A stretch of 64,000 bases of DNA, taken from the NCBI GenBank assembly GCA_963809485.1, contig CAWEJX010000001.1:320001-384000 (forward strand). The letters are read 5' to 3'. This DNA comes from an uncultured Acidobacteriota bacterium (GTDB taxonomy: Bacteria > Acidobacteriota > UBA6911). Shown here piece after piece: positions 58,141-64,000 of the stretch (position 1 is the first letter of the stretch; each line of letters opens with the position of its first letter). The position numbers and the translations under genes were made by a program. The notes beneath the pieces were generated by a model. That model was not told where the DNA came from, did not search any database, and saw only the letters and a program-made list of their open reading frames with translations.

Positions 58141-58932
58141 CTACCCGAATCTTCCGGAAATATAGTCCGCGGTCCGCGGGTCCCTGGGCGTCGTAAACAG
58201 TATTTCAATCGGCTCCAGCTCGATAAGCTCCCCAAAGAAGAAGAAAGCCGTACGGTCCGAAGCTCGTGCCGCCTGTTTGACATTGTTGGTGACGAGGATG
58301 ATGGCAAGATCGGTCTTCAATTGGCGGAGAGCCTCCTCAATTCTTGCCGTGGAAATCGGGTCCAGTCCGGAGCACGGTTCGTCGAGCAGCAAAACCCTGG
58401 GTTCCAGGGCGAGAGTGCGTGCCAGACAGAGGCGCTGCTGCTGCCCGCCCGAGAGGTTGCGGGCAGGCTCGTTCAAACGGTCTTTCATCTCATCCCAAAG
58501 GTAGGCGGCGCGCAGCGCCTTCTCGACGCGATCATCGTAGCGGTCCCGCGACCCCGAATTGAGCCGAAGGCCGAAGGTCAGGTTTTCGTATACCGTCATC
58601 GGCAACGGAATCGGAACGGAGAACACCATTCCCACCTGGCGGCGGAGCATGGCCACATTGCTGTCGTACACAGAACGGCCGTCGAGCAAAATCCTCCCTG
58701 AAACTTCAAGATCCACATCGAGTTCCGTCATCCGGTTAAGGCAGCGCAGGAAAGTGGTTTTGCCTGCCCCGGCAGGCCCGATGATGGAGAGTATTTGCCC
58801 GCGGGGGGCCTCCAGGCTGATCCCTTTAAGTATCTCCACGCCTGCCGTCGAGACCCGCAGATTATCGGTTTTTATCCGGATATCGTTGGAAACTCCCGGA
58901 TTTTCGCTGGCCCCGCTTTGTCTACCGTCCAT
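58141..58932 (-). CDS. pstB: Phosphate ABC ATPase with degenerate Q-loop and H-switch
   Basis: GPAGAGKTT, FSVPIPL, LSGGQQQR, LDEP, VTNN, YISGRFG. Confidence 0.9.
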   Translation of the reverse strand: MDGRQSGASENPGVSNDIRIKTDNLRVSTAGVEILKGISLEAPRGQILSIIGPAGAGKTTFLRCLNRMTELDVDLEVSGRILLDGRSVYDSNVAMLRRQVGMVFSVPIPLPMTVYENLTFGLRLNSGSRDRYDDRVEKALRAAYLWDEMKDRLNEPARNLSGGQQQRLCLARTLALEPRVLLLDEPCSGLDPISTARIEEALRQLKTDLAIILVTNNVKQAARASDRTAFFFFGELIELEPIEILFTTPRDPRTADYISGRFG

Positions 58933-59830
58933 AGCGAAGCCTCTTTCGGATCTGAGCGCGGATGATGAAGGCGCTGAAGTTCAGCAGAAACGTCAGGGAT
59001 AGCAGGACAAGGACCGTTGCATAGAGAAGGGGCTTGGTCGCTTCGACATCCGGAGATTGCGTCGTCATAACGTAAACGTGATAGCCAAGCTCCATGAACT
59101 GATCGCTCAGCTTGCCCGGCAGTTCGGGAAGAAAGTAGGCCGCTCCCGTAAACATGACCGGAGCCACTTCACCGGAACCGCGGCTCACGGCAAGAATCCC
59201 TCCGGTGAGAATACCCCCGACGGCCTGCGGAAGGACCACGCGCCGGATCATCTGCCACCGGGTCGCACCCAGGGAATAGGCAACTTCGCGATAGCTCTGC
59301 GGAATTGCCCGAAGGGCTTCCTCGGTCGCCACGACCACCGTCGGCATTGTAAGGAGGGCGAGTGTCAGTGAAGCCCATATAATCGCGGGCTGGCCGTAAA
59401 CAAGTTTTCCGCCATATAAAGCGTGGTCAATCCCCCGGCCGACGAATTCGATGAAGAATCCCAGCCCGAAAAGGCCGAAAACAATCGCGGGCACGCCGGC
59501 AAGATTCTGAATGGCCAGGCGGACCAGCTGGACCGTGCGGGAACGCTTGGACGCATATTCATGCATGTAAATGGCCGTGGCCACGCCCAGAGGGATAACG
59601 GCAACCGTCATCAGGACAACGAGGGCAAAGGTGCCGAAGATGGCCGGGAAGATCCCGCCCCCGGTCATGCCCATTTCGGGAGCCCGGATCAGGAATTCGA
59701 GCGATATGGAACCTGCGCCATGAAGAAGGATATCCCCAAGGATGATGGCGAGCATCGCGATGATAATCAGGCAGGCGAGGATGCAGATGAACTGGAAGAT
59801 GCCGCCGACAACTTTTGCCCGCTCGAGCAT
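58922..59830 (-). CDS. pstA: Phosphate ABC transporter permease PstA (operon 2)
   Basis: LAGVPAIVFGLFG, SRGSGEVAP; start MLERAK at 59830. Confidence 0.93.
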   Translation of the reverse strand: MLERAKVVGGIFQFICILACLIIIAMLAIILGDILLHGAGSISLEFLIRAPEMGMTGGGIFPAIFGTFALVVLMTVAVIPLGVATAIYMHEYASKRSRTVQLVRLAIQNLAGVPAIVFGLFGLGFFIEFVGRGIDHALYGGKLVYGQPAIIWASLTLALLTMPTVVVATEEALRAIPQSYREVAYSLGATRWQMIRRVVLPQAVGGILTGGILAVSRGSGEVAPVMFTGAAYFLPELPGKLSDQFMELGYHVYVMTTQSPDVEATKPLLYATVLVLLSLTFLLNFSAFIIRAQIRKRLRYGR

Positions 59831-59835
59831 AGGAT

Positions 59836-60801
59836 TTACGAAGCTCCCTGAAGCCTTTTCTGAAGCCGGCCCACCCACCAGTGGCCGAACAGATTGATCC
59901 CGAAAGTGATAAGAAACAGGAACGCGCCTACGAAGAACAGCACGTGATAATGCGCGCTCCCCACCACCACTTCTCCCAGCTCCGCCGCGATAGTCGCCGA
60001 AAACGTGCGGATGGAATCCGTGGGGGACAGAGAGAGAATGGCGGCGTTGCCCGACGCCATGAGAACAATCATCGTTTCTCCGATGGCGCGGCCGAAGCCC
60101 AGAACGCATGCGGCCAGCACGCCGGGCATCGCGGCGGGCAGGACCACGCGGGAGGCCGTTTGCCAGGATGAAGCGCCCATGGCAATCGAGCCGTCGCGGT
60201 AGGTCTGGGGAACCGAGGAGAAGGCGTCTTCACATACGGTATATACGATGGGAATCACAGCCAGGCTCAGCCCGATTCCCGCTGTCACGGCGTTCAGGCG
60301 GAAGGTCCAGCCAAAAATACTGTGAAGCCAGCCGGCCAATACCATGAGGCAGAAAAAGCCCACTACCACACTTGGGATCCCGGCCAGGATCTCAATGGCC
60401 GGTTTGACGGTCTCACGGGCCCAGGGCGGCGCAAACTCCGCGGTGTAGAGTGCGGCAAGGACGGCAAGGGGAATCGCTATCAGAGTGGCAATAATCGTCA
60501 CCTTCAGTGTTCCCGCCAGCAAGGGCAGCAGCGAGTATTTGGGAATCTCCGATATGGGTTGCCACGTGTATTCGGGCGCGGCGCCTTCACGCGCCGGCTG
60601 AGGAAGGAAGAGTCTCCCGAGGCCCGCCTCCTCCCCTATTTCGGCCGAAGTGAATATGGGGAGCGCCTCTTTGCCGATAAAGATGAAAATTAGAATAAGA
60701 GAAATAATCGCCAGGAAGGCGCTGCCGGTTATCGCCAGTCTCGCGATACGGTCGCTCAGAGCCCCGGAGGTTCGTGATTCAGACGACGAAAACATCATCA
60801 T
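59836..60801 (-). CDS. pstC: Phosphate ABC transporter permease PstC (operon 2)
   Basis: EILAGIPSVVVG, GRAIGETMIVLMASGN. Confidence 0.95.
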   Translation of the reverse strand: MMMFSSSESRTSGALSDRIARLAITGSAFLAIISLILIFIFIGKEALPIFTSAEIGEEAGLGRLFLPQPAREGAAPEYTWQPISEIPKYSLLPLLAGTLKVTIIATLIAIPLAVLAALYTAEFAPPWARETVKPAIEILAGIPSVVVGFFCLMVLAGWLHSIFGWTFRLNAVTAGIGLSLAVIPIVYTVCEDAFSSVPQTYRDGSIAMGASSWQTASRVVLPAAMPGVLAACVLGFGRAIGETMIVLMASGNAAILSLSPTDSIRTFSATIAAELGEVVVGSAHYHVLFFVGAFLFLITFGINLFGHWWVGRLQKRLQGAS

Positions 60802-61652
60802 TTCTGCACCAGGGGATAGTAGCCGACCTTTTCACATATTTTTTGTCCCTCGGGGCTCAGCACCCAGTCAATAAAAGCCTCTATTTCACCCGTGGGGGCT
60901 CCCACAGTGTAAAAGAACAGCTGTCTCGACAGAGGATATTCGCCGCTGTCAACCGTCTCCATGGAAGGCTTAACTCCCGAAGAGGATTCATCGCCTCGGA
61001 TGGCGAGGGGCCTGATTCCGGAGGCATAGGCAATGCCCCCATAACCGATGGAAGCAGGATCTTTGGAGACCGCATTGACGATCGCCGCGGTTCCTGGCAA
61101 AGTCTGCACTTCACGGGCAAAGTCCTCGTTGTTAAGAACATGTTCCTTAAAGAATACGTAGGTGCCGGAGTTGTTTTCCCGGCTGTAGGCTACAATCCTC
61201 TGGTCCTTTCCGCCGACATCGCGCCAATTATTGATAGTTCCCGTATAAATGGATTTAAGCTGGGCCATGGTTAGGGACTCGATCGGGGAGGCCTGCGGCA
61301 CATAGATCGCGATTCCATCCAGGGCCACGGGTATTTCGGTCACATCCTTCCCGTGGCGCTTTTGAACCATTTCCTTTTCCTTGTCTTTCATGGGCCTTGA
61401 AGCTTCGCATATGTCCGTACCTCCGTTGATCAGGGCTGCAATTCCGGTCCCGGAACCTCCGCCAGTGACCTGAACTCGCTTGTCCGTGTGGATCTTCATG
61501 TAGGTTTCAGCCCATCGCTGGCCCAGAATGACCATGGTATCCGAGCCTTTGATGGTAATGGACCTGGCCCCAGGCCGGGAATCGCCTCCGCCTCCGCATC
61601 CATAGATTGTCATGGCAAATATAAGGATCAGCGCATACGCCGTGGCTTTCAT
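60798..61652 (-). CDS. pstS: Phosphate ABC transporter substrate-binding lipoprotein
   Basis: Lipobox-like IYGC, KGSDTM, GGGSGTG, RENNSGT, YPLSR; AGGAGG RBS. Confidence 0.95.
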   Translation of the reverse strand: MKATAYALILIFAMTIYGCGGGGDSRPGARSITIKGSDTMVILGQRWAETYMKIHTDKRVQVTGGGSGTGIAALINGGTDICEASRPMKDKEKEMVQKRHGKDVTEIPVALDGIAIYVPQASPIESLTMAQLKSIYTGTINNWRDVGGKDQRIVAYSRENNSGTYVFFKEHVLNNEDFAREVQTLPGTAAIVNAVSKDPASIGYGGIAYASGIRPLAIRGDESSSGVKPSMETVDSGEYPLSRQLFFYTVGAPTGEIEAFIDWVLSPEGQKICEKVGYYPLVQK

Positions 61653-61691
61653 TGTTCCTCCTAAATATAATCTGGCTAAATGTTTACAGAA

Positions 61692-61735
61692 CGAATATGA
61701 AAATCCGACGAGGATTTCGTTAAGATTTGGTTAAG
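61692..61735 (-). promoter_or_regulatory. PHO-box array upstream of pst operon 2
   Basis: Minus strand CTTAACCAAAT/CTTAACGAAAT/CCTCGTCGGAT/TTTCATATTCG, 11 bp period. Confidence 0.68.
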
Positions 61736-61835
61736 ATCCGCGGAGCCGGCAGGAAGATTCCGAACCAGTTTTTTCCATTTTTTGAGCATGCGTACTCCGA
61801 ACCCTCTGAATCCTTCATAAATCTACCGGCCGAGG

Positions 61836-61863
61836 TTGACAATAAAAAGTTCGCTCTTATACT
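61836..61863 (+). promoter_or_regulatory. Sigma-70-type promoter of groESL
   Basis: TTGACA (61836-61841), 16 nt spacer, TATACT (61858-61863). Confidence 0.75.
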
Positions 61864-61864
61864 A

Positions 61865-61891
61865 TTGGCACTCGCTTCGGGTGAGTGCCAA
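61865..61891. promoter_or_regulatory. CIRCE operator (HrcA binding site)
   Basis: TTGGCACTC-N9-GAGTGCCAA, matching TTAGCACTC-N9-GAGTGCTAA, upstream of groES. Confidence 0.93.
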
Positions 61892-61969
61892 GCGAAGCGG
61901 GTATTTTCAACTGATGTTATTTGGGAAGGTCTTATAAGCAATCGCTATAGAGAAGAGAGGAGACCATCT

Positions 61970-62257
61970 ATGAATGTTAGGCCTTTGCATGATCGGGTTA
62001 TCGTAAAACGCATTGAGGAGAAAGAAGTTGTTAAGGGCGGGATCATTATCCCGGACACCGCTAAGGAAAAGCCCATGGAAGGCGAGGTTATAGCCGCCGG
62101 CCCCGGTAAAGTCCTTGACGATGGCAAGCGTGCCGCAATGGACGTGAAAAAGGGAGATCGAATTCTCTTTGGCAAGTACTCCGGCACCGAGATCAAAATC
62201 GATGACCAGGATTACGTCATAATGCGGGAAGAGGAAATCCTCGCAGTTCTTGGATAA
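61970..62257 (+). CDS. groES: Co-chaperonin GroES
   Basis: [29 protein letters not shown]. Confidence 0.98.
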   Translation: MNVRPLHDRVIVKRIEEKEVVKGGIIIPDTAKEKPMEGEVIAAGPGKVLDDGKRAAMDVKKGDRILFGKYSGTEIKIDDQDYVIMREEEILAVLG

Positions 62258-63928
<1,671 letters not shown>

Positions 63929-64000
63929 AAGCCCTCAATCACGGATTGCGCGGCGCGGCCGGGCGGCCGCAACCAAATGGATGCGAATTCGCAAGACGGC

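Noticed and set aside
63937-64000. GC-rich palindromic sequence after groEL
   Set aside because: Probably the start of another intergenic repeat, but truncated by the window end and single-copy here.

Overview
Gene-dense, GC-rich bacterial chromosomal window. The gene complement (SpoIVB-S55/beta-propeller pair, TPR-carboxypeptidase-regulatory protein, purC-cvpA-Fis) suggests an anaerobic Acidobacteriota-like organism; this is inference. In order: Moco/housekeeping genes (zinc-ribbon, moaC, moeA, Lon-like protease, DUF355, glmS); an ~18 kb redox gene cluster (7903-25673); a mixed housekeeping block (tadA, NYN protein, TPR, SpoIVB, mobA, smc, purC, cvpA); a ~17 kb phosphate island with two paralogous pstSCAB-phoU operons, a porin, two PhoB, one PhoR, a PP2C phosphatase and three PHO-box arrays; and CIRCE-controlled groES-groEL. 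Best candidate for an undescribed system is the redox cluster. There hdrA is split in the middle of its inserted ferredoxin domain. A complete HydABC/Hnd-type cassette (DRTGG/kinase/[FeFe]-like regulatory genes plus NuoE, Trx-like ferredoxin and NuoF) sits between the halves. The C-terminal half of HdrA is fused where the H-cluster domain of HydA would normally be. It is followed by mvhDGA, whose large subunit has an in-frame TGA plus a SECIS-like hairpin at the Ni-Fe bridging cysteine rather than the usual [NiFeSe] position. Other highlights are a two-copy ~395 bp IS200-ended palindromic element whose 43 bp core is inverted between copies, and a PstB pair with complementary motif degenerations implying one dead ATPase site.
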